Shown here: positions 27,142 through 36,358 of the stretch, piece by piece | How positions within the stretch are numbered: position 1 is the first letter of the stretch | Layout: each line of letters opens with the position of its first letter | NCBI GenBank assembly: GCA_937883945.1 | Contig: CAKZXY010000055.1 | Span: 9,250 to 73,249 of the forward strand | DNA: 64,000 bases | Reading direction: 5' to 3' | Source: an uncultured Clavibacter sp. | GTDB taxonomy: Bacteria > Actinomycetota > Actinomycetes > Nanopelagicales > Nanopelagicaceae | The notes under the pieces: generated by a model | Seen by the model: the letters and a program-made list of their open reading frames with translations, nothing else | What the model was told of the DNA's origin: nothing | Databases searched by the model: none | Position numbers and translations under genes: made by a program

Positions 27142-28467
27142 ATGAAGAAAAGAGCGTTTCTCCTTACTTCCCTATCGCTTATCTTCACCTTAGGGCTTAA
27201 CTTAATTTCCCCTGCTCAAGCACGGACTCTTATTCCAACAGATTTTCGTTTCTTTGGCTCAGGTTATGGCCATGGCGTGGGAATGAGTCAGATCGGCGCT
27301 CGCGGTCAAGCACTTGAATCAAAGACAGCTGTTGAAATTCTTAACTATTACTACCCAGGCACTGCAGTTACTGCCTATCCAGATGATCAACTTATAAGAG
27401 TTAATATTGCTAACTTAATATCATCGGTAACTTTAAATGCAGTTGGATCAACTGGCGAGATTCGCTTATATCAAGGTGATATTCCAATGAGTGAGAGCCC
27501 TGAACCATTTGGAATATATTCAGGTGATACCACTGCTCTCTTTACAAATTTTGCAGGAAGTGTGGTTCCAGCTCTCTCATCTCCTACCGCTAAATATGCT
27601 GCAATCAATCCTGCCCCTGCTTGGACTGTTCGTTGGGATAGCGCAACTACAACTGCTCTATTAACTAATGGAGTTATGGCAACTCAATATAAATATGGTC
27701 AAATAGTCTTTAAGAGCGTAACCAATCTTCTTAGTTCATACCTAGCAGTTACTAATACTTTAAGACTTCATGATGAGTATCTCTATGGCCTAGGTGAAGT
27801 ACCTTCATCTTGGCCAGCTGCCGCCCTTGAAGCACAAGCAATAGCAGCAAGAACTTATGCGATAGGTAAATTATCTAGGCTAAGAGTTGAGTGCGATTGC
27901 AACATTTATAACACCACTGTTGATCAGAATTTTGTGGGTTATGCCAAAGAAACTGAGGCCATCTATGGCATTAAATGGCGAGAGGCAGTTAATCGCACAT
28001 TTGTTGATGAGAATAGCGCTCTAGTAGTAACTCTTGAGGGCAAGCCCATTCAAGCTTTTTATTTCTCATCAAGTGGGGGAGTTACTCAAAATGTTGTTGA
28101 GGTTTGGGGAAGTCCAGTGCCTTACCTAACCGGAGTGCCTGATCCATGGAGCCTTAATCCAACTATCAATCGAAGATATGCACTTTGGTCAAGATTTGTG
28201 CCACAGAGCGTTATGGCGCAAGCCTTTTTACTACCTGATGTTGTCTCATTTACCATCAACTCAAGAACTCAAACGGGAAGCATCAGTTCAATTACTGGAA
28301 TTTCAAGTACTGGGGCATCGGCAACGCTAACTGGAGAACTCTTTCGCTCCAGAGTAAAGCTTCCATCGACCTGGATTCACAACACAAGGGCAATTATTAA
28401 GCTGCCTTTTATTGCCAAAGAGTGTCAAGTAGAAATTATTGAGCGAGCTAAGTACTGCTTAACTTAA
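27142..28467 (+). CDS. SpoIID/LytB-domain protein (secreted peptidoglycan-processing protein)
   Basis: Signal peptide and the GHGVGMSQIGARGQA SpoIID signature. Confidence 0.8.
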   Translation: MKKRAFLLTSLSLIFTLGLNLISPAQARTLIPTDFRFFGSGYGHGVGMSQIGARGQALESKTAVEILNYYYPGTAVTAYPDDQLIRVNIANLISSVTLNAVGSTGEIRLYQGDIPMSESPEPFGIYSGDTTALFTNFAGSVVPALSSPTAKYAAINPAPAWTVRWDSATTTALLTNGVMATQYKYGQIVFKSVTNLLSSYLAVTNTLRLHDEYLYGLGEVPSSWPAAALEAQAIAARTYAIGKLSRLRVECDCNIYNTTVDQNFVGYAKETEAIYGIKWREAVNRTFVDENSALVVTLEGKPIQAFYFSSSGGVTQNVVEVWGSPVPYLTGVPDPWSLNPTINRRYALWSRFVPQSVMAQAFLLPDVVSFTINSRTQTGSISSITGISSTGASATLTGELFRSRVKLPSTWIHNTRAIIKLPFIAKECQVEIIERAKYCLT

Positions 28468-29387
28468 TTAGAGTGAAGCACGCTATTTAAACCGCCCCAA
28501 CTGCCACTTTTATTAAGGGCTTCAATTGCGCCGCTCTGCGAATTTCTACGAATCAAAAGTGAGTTAGCACCTGATAGCTCCCTTGCTTTGACTATCTTTC
28601 CATCTGGCAGAAGTACTTTTGATCCTGCAGTTAAGTAGACTCCAGCTTCTAAAACACAATCATCGCCGAGTGAAATTCCAAGTCCTGAATTTGCCCCAAG
28701 AAGTGTTCTCTTGCCAATGGAAATTACTTCTTTTCCGCCGCCACTTAGAGTTCCCATAATTGAGGCGCCGCCACCAATATCAGAGCCATCGCCTACAACA
28801 ACTCCTGCCGATATTCGACCTTCAACCATAGATGCGCCAAGAGTTCCCGCATTGAAGTTAACAAAGCCTTCATGCATCACAGTTGTTCCAGGTGATAAAT
28901 AAGCTCCAAGTCTTACGCGATCTGCATCGGCAATGCGCACTCCTTCTGGAAGAACATAATCAAGCATCCTTGGAAACTTATCTACGCCATAGATTGCAAG
29001 ATAGCCATATTTAGCGCGGAGCTTTAAACGCACCTGATCAAATCCAGCAATCGCGCAGGGCCCATGGGAAGTCCAAATAACGTTATTAAGAATTGAGAAA
29101 ATTCCTTCAAGTGATAACCCATGTGGTTTAACTAAACGATGAGAGAGTAGATGTAGTCGCAAGTAGGCATCAGCAACACTTGTTGGCGGCTTATCTAGCT
29201 CAATTTCTGTTTTTACTAGTTTTCGAGTTATCTCTCGCTCGTTATCTGCGCCCTCAAGGCTTGCTAAATCATCTCTGCTTGCTTCAGCTGCACCAAGACC
29301 CAACTGGTGAAAGTAGGTATCAAGGGTTGATCCATCTTTTGCAATGGTTGAAATCCCATAACCATATGCCGAGTTAGCTTTGCTCAT
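28464..29387 (-). CDS. dapD: 2,3,4,5-tetrahydropyridine-2,6-dicarboxylate N-succinyltransferase
   Basis: Actinobacterial DapD pattern with a hexapeptide-repeat C-terminal half; 307 aa. Syntenic with the LOG gene, as in Mycobacterium Rv1201c/Rv1205. Confidence 0.8.
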   Translation of the reverse strand: MSKANSAYGYGISTIAKDGSTLDTYFHQLGLGAAEASRDDLASLEGADNEREITRKLVKTEIELDKPPTSVADAYLRLHLLSHRLVKPHGLSLEGIFSILNNVIWTSHGPCAIAGFDQVRLKLRAKYGYLAIYGVDKFPRMLDYVLPEGVRIADADRVRLGAYLSPGTTVMHEGFVNFNAGTLGASMVEGRISAGVVVGDGSDIGGGASIMGTLSGGGKEVISIGKRTLLGANSGLGISLGDDCVLEAGVYLTAGSKVLLPDGKIVKARELSGANSLLIRRNSQSGAIEALNKSGSWGGLNSVLHSN

Positions 29388-29461
29388 AGTCCAACGCTAT
29401 CAACTATTGGCTTGCGCTTGCTTCAGTGAGCATTAGAAAAAATCTGCTTTAGAGTGTGGCT

Positions 29462-29995
29462 ATGAAAGTTGCCGTCTACTGCGCATCATCGACCCTGGTT
29501 TCAAAAGAGAACCTAGAGCTTGGCTTTGAGTTAGGGGCATCTCTTGCCAAATTAGGCCATGAATTGGTCTGGGGCGGCGGAGCAATATCGGTAATGGGCG
29601 AGGTGGCCAAAGGTGCTAGAAAATATGGTGGTAGAACTATTGGAGTTATTCCAGAGCGGCTAATGAGCGTGGAATTTATCGATCATGACTCTAGCGAGAT
29701 GCATGTTGTTAAAGATATGCGAGAGCGTAAAGGTTTAATTGAAAGCTTAGCTGATGGTTTTATCGCCCTTCCTGGTGGAATTGGAACACTTGAGGAGTTA
29801 TTAGAGATCTGGGTTGGAAGATATTTAGGTTTTCACAACAAGCCAATTGCAATTTTAGATCCAAGCGGCGTCTATGGTTCACTTCGATTAGCACTTGATG
29901 ACTTAACTGCAATGAACTTTATGAAACCAGGTCAGCATGAGTTAGTTTCTTGGTGTAGCACTATTGATAGCGCGATAGAGCGCGTTACTTCATGA
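29462..29995 (+). CDS. LOG-family (TIGR00730) nucleotide phosphoribohydrolase
   Basis: PGGIGTLEE motif and GGG...MG motif. ATG at 29462 preferred over the GTG at 29456. Confidence 0.85.
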   Translation: MKVAVYCASSTLVSKENLELGFELGASLAKLGHELVWGGGAISVMGEVAKGARKYGGRTIGVIPERLMSVEFIDHDSSEMHVVKDMRERKGLIESLADGFIALPGGIGTLEELLEIWVGRYLGFHNKPIAILDPSGVYGSLRLALDDLTAMNFMKPGQHELVSWCSTIDSAIERVTS

Positions 29996-30444
29996 GCATG
30001 AAGAGTAAATCTAAGATTGCTGACTTTAGAGCCAGCGTCACTATCTCTGCGCCGATTGGTGAAGTTTGGAAGAAGTTAGTTGATTGGAAGAGCCAAGGTC
30101 AGTGGATGGCTCTAACAAAAGTAAATTCAAGCGCTGATATAGATGGCATCTCTAGTATCGGAACAACTATTTCTGCATTTACTGGAATTGGAAAAATTGG
30201 TATCTGGGATGAGATGAAAATAACGGCTTGGAACCCAGAGACTTTCTGCGCTGTTGATCACTATGGTCGTTGGATTAAAGGCATTGGAGAATTTCGCCTA
30301 GTAGAGATAGCTCCGGGCAAAACTAGATTTGATTGGTATGAACGAATCGATGCCCCAACTGCGATTCTGACCCTTATAAAACCAGGAATATTGCTTGCTG
30401 TGAATTATTCATTGTCTAAGTTTGCGCGAGGATTTAACAACTGA
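29992..30444 (+). CDS. SRPBCC (START/polyketide-cyclase-like) family protein
   Basis: 150 aa. The pattern VTISAPIGEVWKKLVDWKSQGQWM is typical of SRPBCC proteins. ATGA overlap with the LOG gene. Confidence 0.6.
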   Translation: MSMKSKSKIADFRASVTISAPIGEVWKKLVDWKSQGQWMALTKVNSSADIDGISSIGTTISAFTGIGKIGIWDEMKITAWNPETFCAVDHYGRWIKGIGEFRLVEIAPGKTRFDWYERIDAPTAILTLIKPGILLAVNYSLSKFARGFNN

Positions 30445-30474
30445 AGGGGCGCCATCGGCAGTAGCCTTAGCCTT

Positions 30475-30681
30475 GTGAGTAAGCAGAACCAGACCTTAGA
30501 AGAGTTCATCGACTCTCTTCCTGAAGAAGAGCGGATTGTGCTTACCCTTTATTACATAAAGAGATATAGCATCGAGGAAATATCAACGAAAATAGGGGCT
30601 CCTGAGCGGGCAATTACGGCGGTATTGCGCTCTGGACGGATGAGAATGAGCTCGGCTTTCAATTTCCCACAAGGGAGCTAG
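30475..30681 (+). CDS. Stand-alone sigma-70 region-4-like HTH mini-protein
   Basis: 68 aa. LPEEERIVLTLYYIKRYSIEEISTKIGAPERAITAVLRSGRMRM resembles ECF sigma region 4.2. There is no region 2 upstream. GTG start without a clear SD. Confidence 0.5.
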   Translation: MSKQNQTLEEFIDSLPEEERIVLTLYYIKRYSIEEISTKIGAPERAITAVLRSGRMRMSSAFNFPQGS

Positions 30682-30768
30682 ATAAGGGATAATTCACCCT
30701 CCCAGCTTGGAGCTGGGGCTTAAGGCTAGAAGATCTTTCAAGGATTAATTTAGAGAGAAGGCTAATCG

Positions 30769-30948
30769 ATGGCAGCCATGAAACCCCGCACTGGCGATGG
30801 ACCTATGGAAGTTACCAAGGAAGCCAGAAGCCTAGTGATGCGAATCCCGCTAGAGGGTGGCGGCCGCTTGGTAGTAGAGCTAAATCAAGAAGAGGCTCGA
30901 AACCTTGCTGATGTATTAAATATGTCAATCTCCCTTCTTAAGAAATGA
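30769..30948 (+). CDS. DUF3117-family small conserved actinobacterial protein (absent from the supplied ORF track)
   Basis: Manual translation gives MAAMKPRTGDGPMEVTKEARSLVMRIPLEGGGRLVVELNQEEARNLADVLNMSISLLKK (59 aa). This matches the remembered DUF3117 consensus MAAMKPRTGDGP...PLEGGGRLVVEL. Its stop overlaps the pepA ATG (ATGA). Confidence 0.8.
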   Translation: MAAMKPRTGDGPMEVTKEARSLVMRIPLEGGGRLVVELNQEEARNLADVLNMSISLLKK

Positions 30949-32456
30949 ACCTACCGCTTCCGAAACTCGGAACGGTAAAACTTCCGGGGGAAATCTCGGA
31001 GAAATTCTTCAAAGGCTTTACTCATATTGCCCTTCCTATAAAAGCAAAAGATTCAAAAGAATTACCTGAGATAGAGATAGTTTTAAGCAAAAAAGTAATT
31101 AAAAGTATTGAGAAAATTTACTCAATCTCATTTACTGATGAAATAAAGAAGAATGGCAGCGCTGTTACTGGCAAAGCCGGAGAAGTAATTGATATTCCAG
31201 TATTGCAGGAAAGCGGAGAAGTAGTACATATCCTTCTTGTTGGAGTTGGTGAATCAAGTAATTCCCATATTAGAAGAGCATCTGCTGCTATTGGGCGAAA
31301 GGTAAAAGCTAGTAAATCCTCAGTACTTTCTTTCTTAGTTGAGAGCGATAGCGATGCTCAACTTCACTTTATCTCCTCTGCCCTTGCTACTTATATTTGG
31401 AGCCAGAAGAGTGGCACAAAGAGCCTAACTCCAGAGATCACGCTAGTAGGTGACTTTGCTAAAGTATTAGAGCGTTCAAAGGTGCTAGTTAAATCAACTT
31501 GGAAGGCGCGCGATTTAATACAAACTCCCTCCAACATTAAAAACCCAGTTTGGATGGCAGCTCAGGCAAAATTACTAGCAAAGGACTCTACGCTCTCTCT
31601 AAAGATTAAATCAGGTCGCCAATTGGCAGAGTTTGGCGGTCTTAGCGCTATTGGTAATTCCAGCGTAAAAAATCCTCCAAGATTTGTTGAGTTAAGTTAC
31701 AAGCCAAAGGGATCAAAGAAAGCGCCACATGTGGTCTTAGTCGGTAAGGGAATCACCTTTGATACGGGAGGGGTTTCTCTAAAGCGCCCTTATGAAGCGA
31801 TGGCTCCAATGAAAAGTGATATGGCTGGGGCAGCTGTTGTGTTAATGGCAACAATTGCAGCTGCTGAATTGAAATTAAATGTTCGAATCACAGCGCTACT
31901 GATGCTTGCTGAGAACTCTCTTTCAGGCACATCAACTCGCCCATCTGATGTAATCACTCATTATGGTGGAACTACAGTTGAGGTAATCAACACTGATGCT
32001 GAAGGAAGATTAGTGCTGGCAGATGGCCTTGCTTATGCTGATAAGAATCTAGACCCAGATTACTTGATTGATGTAGCAACTCTAACTGGAGCGGCAACGC
32101 TAGGGCTTAGCCGCTATTACGGAGCGATGTATACAAGAGATAACAAACTCGCTAGAAAACTCTCAGATATTGGCGATTACACTGGAGATCAAATCTGGCA
32201 TATGCCTTTAATTGATGATTATTCAGTAGCTCTAGAGAGCAATATCGCAGACTTTAATCACACCGCCGATAAGTTTAAGTTTCAAGGCGGCTCAGTTACT
32301 GCTGCGCTATTTCTAGAAAACTTTGTTGGCAAGCGCAAGTGGGTTCATTTAGATATTGCTGGCCCTGCCAGATCTGAAGTTGATGCAGGAGAAAATGTAA
32401 AAGGTGGAACTGGATATGGAGTTCGCCTTCTCACTCAGTGGCTAGCTACGCTGTGA
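30945..32456 (+). CDS. pepA: Leucyl aminopeptidase (M17 family)
   Basis: VGKGITFDTGGVSLK and NTDAEGRLVLAD motifs; 503 aa. Confidence 0.9.
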   Translation: MNLPLPKLGTVKLPGEISEKFFKGFTHIALPIKAKDSKELPEIEIVLSKKVIKSIEKIYSISFTDEIKKNGSAVTGKAGEVIDIPVLQESGEVVHILLVGVGESSNSHIRRASAAIGRKVKASKSSVLSFLVESDSDAQLHFISSALATYIWSQKSGTKSLTPEITLVGDFAKVLERSKVLVKSTWKARDLIQTPSNIKNPVWMAAQAKLLAKDSTLSLKIKSGRQLAEFGGLSAIGNSSVKNPPRFVELSYKPKGSKKAPHVVLVGKGITFDTGGVSLKRPYEAMAPMKSDMAGAAVVLMATIAAAELKLNVRITALLMLAENSLSGTSTRPSDVITHYGGTTVEVINTDAEGRLVLADGLAYADKNLDPDYLIDVATLTGAATLGLSRYYGAMYTRDNKLARKLSDIGDYTGDQIWHMPLIDDYSVALESNIADFNHTADKFKFQGGSVTAALFLENFVGKRKWVHLDIAGPARSEVDAGENVKGGTGYGVRLLTQWLATL

Positions 32457-33124
32457 TGTCAGGCATCGGGGATAAGGGATTTACAGAGAAGTTATTCCCT
32501 GAACGCGGAGATATGCGGGCATTTTCAAATACATTTATTCCAGAGACAGAGATTATTCAAAAAGCTAGGAGTAGAGGGCAGGAAATTGGCACCTATGATG
32601 CCACTCCAGCAGTTGGATCTCTTCTTCGCTATCTCACCCATTTAATAGGAGCTAGTTCAATAGTTGAAATCGGAACCGGGGCTGGAGTTAGTGGTTTATG
32701 GATTTTTCAAGCGATGAGTCCAAAGGGGTTATTAACATCAATTGATGATGAAGTTGAAAATGCTAAGTTAGCTAAGCAAGCTTTTGATGAGGCTGGGATA
32801 AATTCATCACGCTATCGCTTAATTACTGGTAACTCTCGAGAAATTGTAGGAAAGCTAGCCGATAGCCTCTATGACATATTTATTATGCGTAAGAGTGGAG
32901 ACTTACTTGATGGAATTGAGAATGCTCATCGCTCACTTCGCCCAGGTGGAGTATTAGTCATAGATCGGGCACTTCTCTCGGGAAAGGTTGCTGATCCAAC
33001 GCAGCGAGATGAAGATAGCGTGGCCTATCGAGAAGTTATTAAGGTGATTAAGGACTCATCAACGCTCTGGCTTCCAATGTTGCTACCAGTTGGCGATGGC
33101 GTAATGGTTGCGACGAAGATTTGA
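32456..33124 (+). CDS. Class I SAM-dependent O-methyltransferase (Rv1220c-like)
   Basis: VEIGTGAGVSGLW SAM-binding motif. ATG at 32456 overlaps the pepA TGA. Confidence 0.75.
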   Translation: MSGIGDKGFTEKLFPERGDMRAFSNTFIPETEIIQKARSRGQEIGTYDATPAVGSLLRYLTHLIGASSIVEIGTGAGVSGLWIFQAMSPKGLLTSIDDEVENAKLAKQAFDEAGINSSRYRLITGNSREIVGKLADSLYDIFIMRKSGDLLDGIENAHRSLRPGGVLVIDRALLSGKVADPTQRDEDSVAYREVIKVIKDSSTLWLPMLLPVGDGVMVATKI

Positions 33125-33144
33125 TTAAAGAATAGGATAGGTGC

Positions 33145-33483
33145 ATGTTCGGCATTGGAATGGGCGAGTTTCTAGGATTAGTAATCCTAGGCTTATTTCT
33201 AGTTGGCCCAGATAAATTACCTGAAGCTGCAAAAGATTTTGCCAGATTTATTCATAAGGTTAGAAACTTCACAACCTATGCCTCACGTGAATTGAAAGAA
33301 AACCTAGGGCCTGGATTTGAAGATTTGCAAGTTAGTGATTTAACTCCAAAGAAGTTGGCCCAGAAGGTATTAGGAAATGCGCTAGATGATGTTAAGCCAC
33401 TAGCAAATGATCTTAAGAGTCAGGTTAAGGCGAGTAAAAAGGTAATAGATGAGGCAGCTAAAATAGATCCAGATTTACTATGA
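33145..33483 (+). CDS. tatB: Twin-arginine translocase subunit TatB
   Basis: N-terminal MFGIGMGEFLGLVILGLFLVGPDKLP TatA/B motif with an amphipathic helix. Synteny with mrp as in Mycobacterium. Confidence 0.85.
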   Translation: MFGIGMGEFLGLVILGLFLVGPDKLPEAAKDFARFIHKVRNFTTYASRELKENLGPGFEDLQVSDLTPKKLAQKVLGNALDDVKPLANDLKSQVKASKKVIDEAAKIDPDLL

Positions 33484-34616
33484 GCCTTTCAAGAGATGAA
33501 GTAATAAGTCAGATTCATAGCGCGCTTGCAACTGTTTCAGACCCAGAGCTACATAGACCACTTCCAGATCTAGGAATGGTTGAAAGTGTTAATTTCGATG
33601 GCGGGCTAGCAAATATCAAGATATTACTAACTATCTCAGGATGTCCTATGCGAGATAAGTTAAAGAGCGATGTTACAAGCGCTATCTCTAAAGTCGCTGG
33701 AGTTGAAAAGGTTGAACTTGAATTTGGGGTAATGAATGAAGCCCAGAGAGATAACGTTAAAAAGCTTCTGCGGGGCGGTCGAGAGAAGTTCATTCCATTT
33801 GCTCAACCTGATTCCTTAACTAGAGTCTGGGCTATTTCCTCTGGTAAGGGCGGCGTTGGAAAGTCATCGGTAACAGTAAATCTTGCAGCAGCGCTTAGTA
33901 AGCGCGGTTTTAAAGTAGGAGTACTAGATGCTGATGTCTATGGACACTCAATTCCAAGGCTTCTAGGTATTGAAGGGCAGAGACCAACAGCTATTGATCA
34001 GACATTCATTCCAGTTGAAACCAATGGAATTAAGGTAGTTTCAATTGAGATGTTCAAACCAGATCGCGCAGACCCGGTTGCTTATCGCGGCCCACTGCTT
34101 CATAGAGTTTTAGAACAGCTCTTAAGTGATGCATATTGGGGAGATTTAGATTTCTTGCTTCTTGATCTGCCTCCAGGAACGGGGGATATTGCAATATCTC
34201 TTGGTCAATTAATTCCAGCATCAGAAATTATTGTGGTGACAACTCCTCAGATCGCAGCTGCCGAAGTTGCAGAGCGAGCAGGGCGAATTGCCCATCAGTT
34301 AAAGCAACATGTAATTGGAGTAATTGAGAATATGTCTGCCTACACAGATCCTGTAAGTGGCGCTCAGGTAGCCCTCTTTGGTCAAGGCGGAGGGCAAGAG
34401 ACTGCAAAGAGATTGAGTCAACTTGTAGGAGTAGATGTTCCGCTACTTGCTCAAATTTCATTTGATATCAAGCTACGTGAAGGTGGCGATGAAGGATCAC
34501 CAATAGTATTTAGAGATCCAGAATCAGATGCTGCTAAGGGCTTCTTTGCAATTATTGATCAGTTAACAAAGCGAAAGAAATCTCTACTTGGAGTTCCCCT
34601 TGGAGTCGCCACCTAA
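33480..34616 (+). CDS. mrp: Mrp/ApbC/NBP35-family Fe-S cluster carrier ATPase with N-terminal DUF59 domain
   Basis: DUF59-like N-terminus (VSDPELHRPLPDLGMV) and SGKGGVGKSS P-loop. Confidence 0.9.
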   Translation: MSLSRDEVISQIHSALATVSDPELHRPLPDLGMVESVNFDGGLANIKILLTISGCPMRDKLKSDVTSAISKVAGVEKVELEFGVMNEAQRDNVKKLLRGGREKFIPFAQPDSLTRVWAISSGKGGVGKSSVTVNLAAALSKRGFKVGVLDADVYGHSIPRLLGIEGQRPTAIDQTFIPVETNGIKVVSIEMFKPDRADPVAYRGPLLHRVLEQLLSDAYWGDLDFLLLDLPPGTGDIAISLGQLIPASEIIVVTTPQIAAAEVAERAGRIAHQLKQHVIGVIENMSAYTDPVSGAQVALFGQGGGQETAKRLSQLVGVDVPLLAQISFDIKLREGGDEGSPIVFRDPESDAAKGFFAIIDQLTKRKKSLLGVPLGVAT

Positions 34617-35051
34617 CTTTTCATCAAGCATTTCTTTGATGTCGGCCAACAGTTCTTGACGCATAGCTGCAATCTCTCTGACCATGAATTCAGTAACTGC
34701 CAAGTTGCGCTCATCTCGATCACGATCTTCTTGAGAAGTCACCCGGTCTCTATCTGCTTGACGATTTTGAGCAAGCAAAATTAGCGGAGCAGCATAAGAG
34801 GCTTGAAGTGAGAGCATAAATGTCAGGAATATAAAAGGATATTCATCAAAGCGTAGGTTTTCTGGCGCTACAAAGTTCCAGACAATCCAGGTTGCAACAA
34901 AGACTGTCATATAAACCAAGAAACGTGCAGTGCCAATGAAGCGAGCAAAGGCCTCTGATACGCGACCAATTACTTCAGGATCATACTTAGGACGCAGGGA
35001 GCGACGAGACTCTCTTGGAGTTTCAAGTTTTGACTTACCAGCCATTGTCAT
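34584..35051 (-). CDS. DUF1003 membrane protein (Rv1231c-like)
   Basis: YPFIFLTFMLSLQASYAAPLILLAQNRQADRD matches the DUF1003 signature. Its 3' end overlaps the 3' end of mrp by 33 nt (convergent). Confidence 0.75.
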   Translation of the reverse strand: MTMAGKSKLETPRESRRSLRPKYDPEVIGRVSEAFARFIGTARFLVYMTVFVATWIVWNFVAPENLRFDEYPFIFLTFMLSLQASYAAPLILLAQNRQADRDRVTSQEDRDRDERNLAVTEFMVREIAAMRQELLADIKEMLDEKLGGDSKGNSK

Positions 35052-36289
35052 TTTTCTGCCTCACTTCTACGCCAATTTGAAGGTAATAGGTGATCAAGTA
35101 CATCATCAACAGTTACAGCGCCAAGTAAGCGATCATGTTCATCAACTACAGGTGCTGCAAGTAAGTTGTAGTTAGCAAGGTGGCGAACCACATCATTTAG
35201 AGGTGTATCTGTAGAAATTGCATTTGTCTCTTTCTCCGCCACTATCGCCAGGGATAACGCAGGAGGTTCACGCAGTAAGCGCTGCATGTGGACCACTCCG
35301 ATTAGTCTTCCAGTAGGCGTTTCAAGTGGTGCACGACAGACAAAAACCTGTGCAGCAGATGCAGCAGAAACGTCTTTCTGTCTAAGGACTGCTAGTGCTT
35401 GGGCGACAGTGGCATCACCAGAGAGAATTACTGGATCTGTAGTCATCATGCCACCTGCTGAAAAATCCTCATATGCCATGAGACGACGAACATCTTGAGC
35501 TTCATTATTTTCCATCAGACTTAAAAGACTCTCTGCTTTTTCACTTCCGACTTCCTTAAGGACATCGGCAGCATCATCAGGATCCATCTCACTTAAAACA
35601 TCAGCAACTAGCTCGCCCTCTAGTAGAGAAACTAGGGCAAGGCGATCTGCATCATCCATCTCTTCCAGAACATCAGCCAATTTCTCATCATCTAAAGTAT
35701 GCGCAATTTCTCTCTGACGAGTTGTATCAAACTCGCGAAGAGCGGCGGCTATATCTTGAGCAGGAAGTAGAGCTATATCCTCAGTTGGCGCGCTTAAATC
35801 TGGAATGTGAGAAGAAACTTCTATTTCAACGCTGCTCCAAGAAAGTGTTTGAGTTGAACGACGCCCAAAAGATCTAGTTTTTTCTTGAACATGCACATGC
35901 TCGGCATACCAATCTTTGTTATCGCGCAACTCCATACCAATATCTTCAATTACTACGACATTACCGTTTTCTCTAAGGCGAGTTTTATGATCAAGTAACT
36001 CACCAAGGAGTGTAATTTCTCCATGTCTTGGTTGATAGCGACGTATGTTTAAAGAGCCAGTTATAAAGACTCCACCATCATCAATTGAGGTTACTCGAGT
36101 AATTGGAATGAAGATTTTACGTCTTTGGGGAACTTCGACGATAAAACCTAAAATTCTAGGAGCTAGGTTGTCCTGTCGCAGAGATGCAATGGCGTCGCGT
36201 ATTTTTCCTACGCGATCGGCATTTGGATCAAATACGGGAGTACCAGCGAGCTTGGCTAAAAATACTCGAGTTAATTCCTCTGTTCGCAT
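35048..36289 (-). CDS. MgtE-N/CBS-domain protein without a channel domain (Rv1232c-like)
   Basis: PRC-barrel-like N-terminus, acidic MgtE_N region (LDDEKLADVLEEMDDADR) and a C-terminal CBS pair; no TM segments. Start at the ATG at 36289, preceded by GGAGG. ATGA overlap with the DUF1003 gene. Confidence 0.75.
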   Translation of the reverse strand: MRTEELTRVFLAKLAGTPVFDPNADRVGKIRDAIASLRQDNLAPRILGFIVEVPQRRKIFIPITRVTSIDDGGVFITGSLNIRRYQPRHGEITLLGELLDHKTRLRENGNVVVIEDIGMELRDNKDWYAEHVHVQEKTRSFGRRSTQTLSWSSVEIEVSSHIPDLSAPTEDIALLPAQDIAAALREFDTTRQREIAHTLDDEKLADVLEEMDDADRLALVSLLEGELVADVLSEMDPDDAADVLKEVGSEKAESLLSLMENNEAQDVRRLMAYEDFSAGGMMTTDPVILSGDATVAQALAVLRQKDVSAASAAQVFVCRAPLETPTGRLIGVVHMQRLLREPPALSLAIVAEKETNAISTDTPLNDVVRHLANYNLLAAPVVDEHDRLLGAVTVDDVLDHLLPSNWRRSEAEK

Positions 36290-36358
36290 CAGGTACCTCC
36301 ATGGTCCAAGGCTATCGGATAGTAAGTTGAGCCGGTGCGCGATCAAAACCATACCCAG

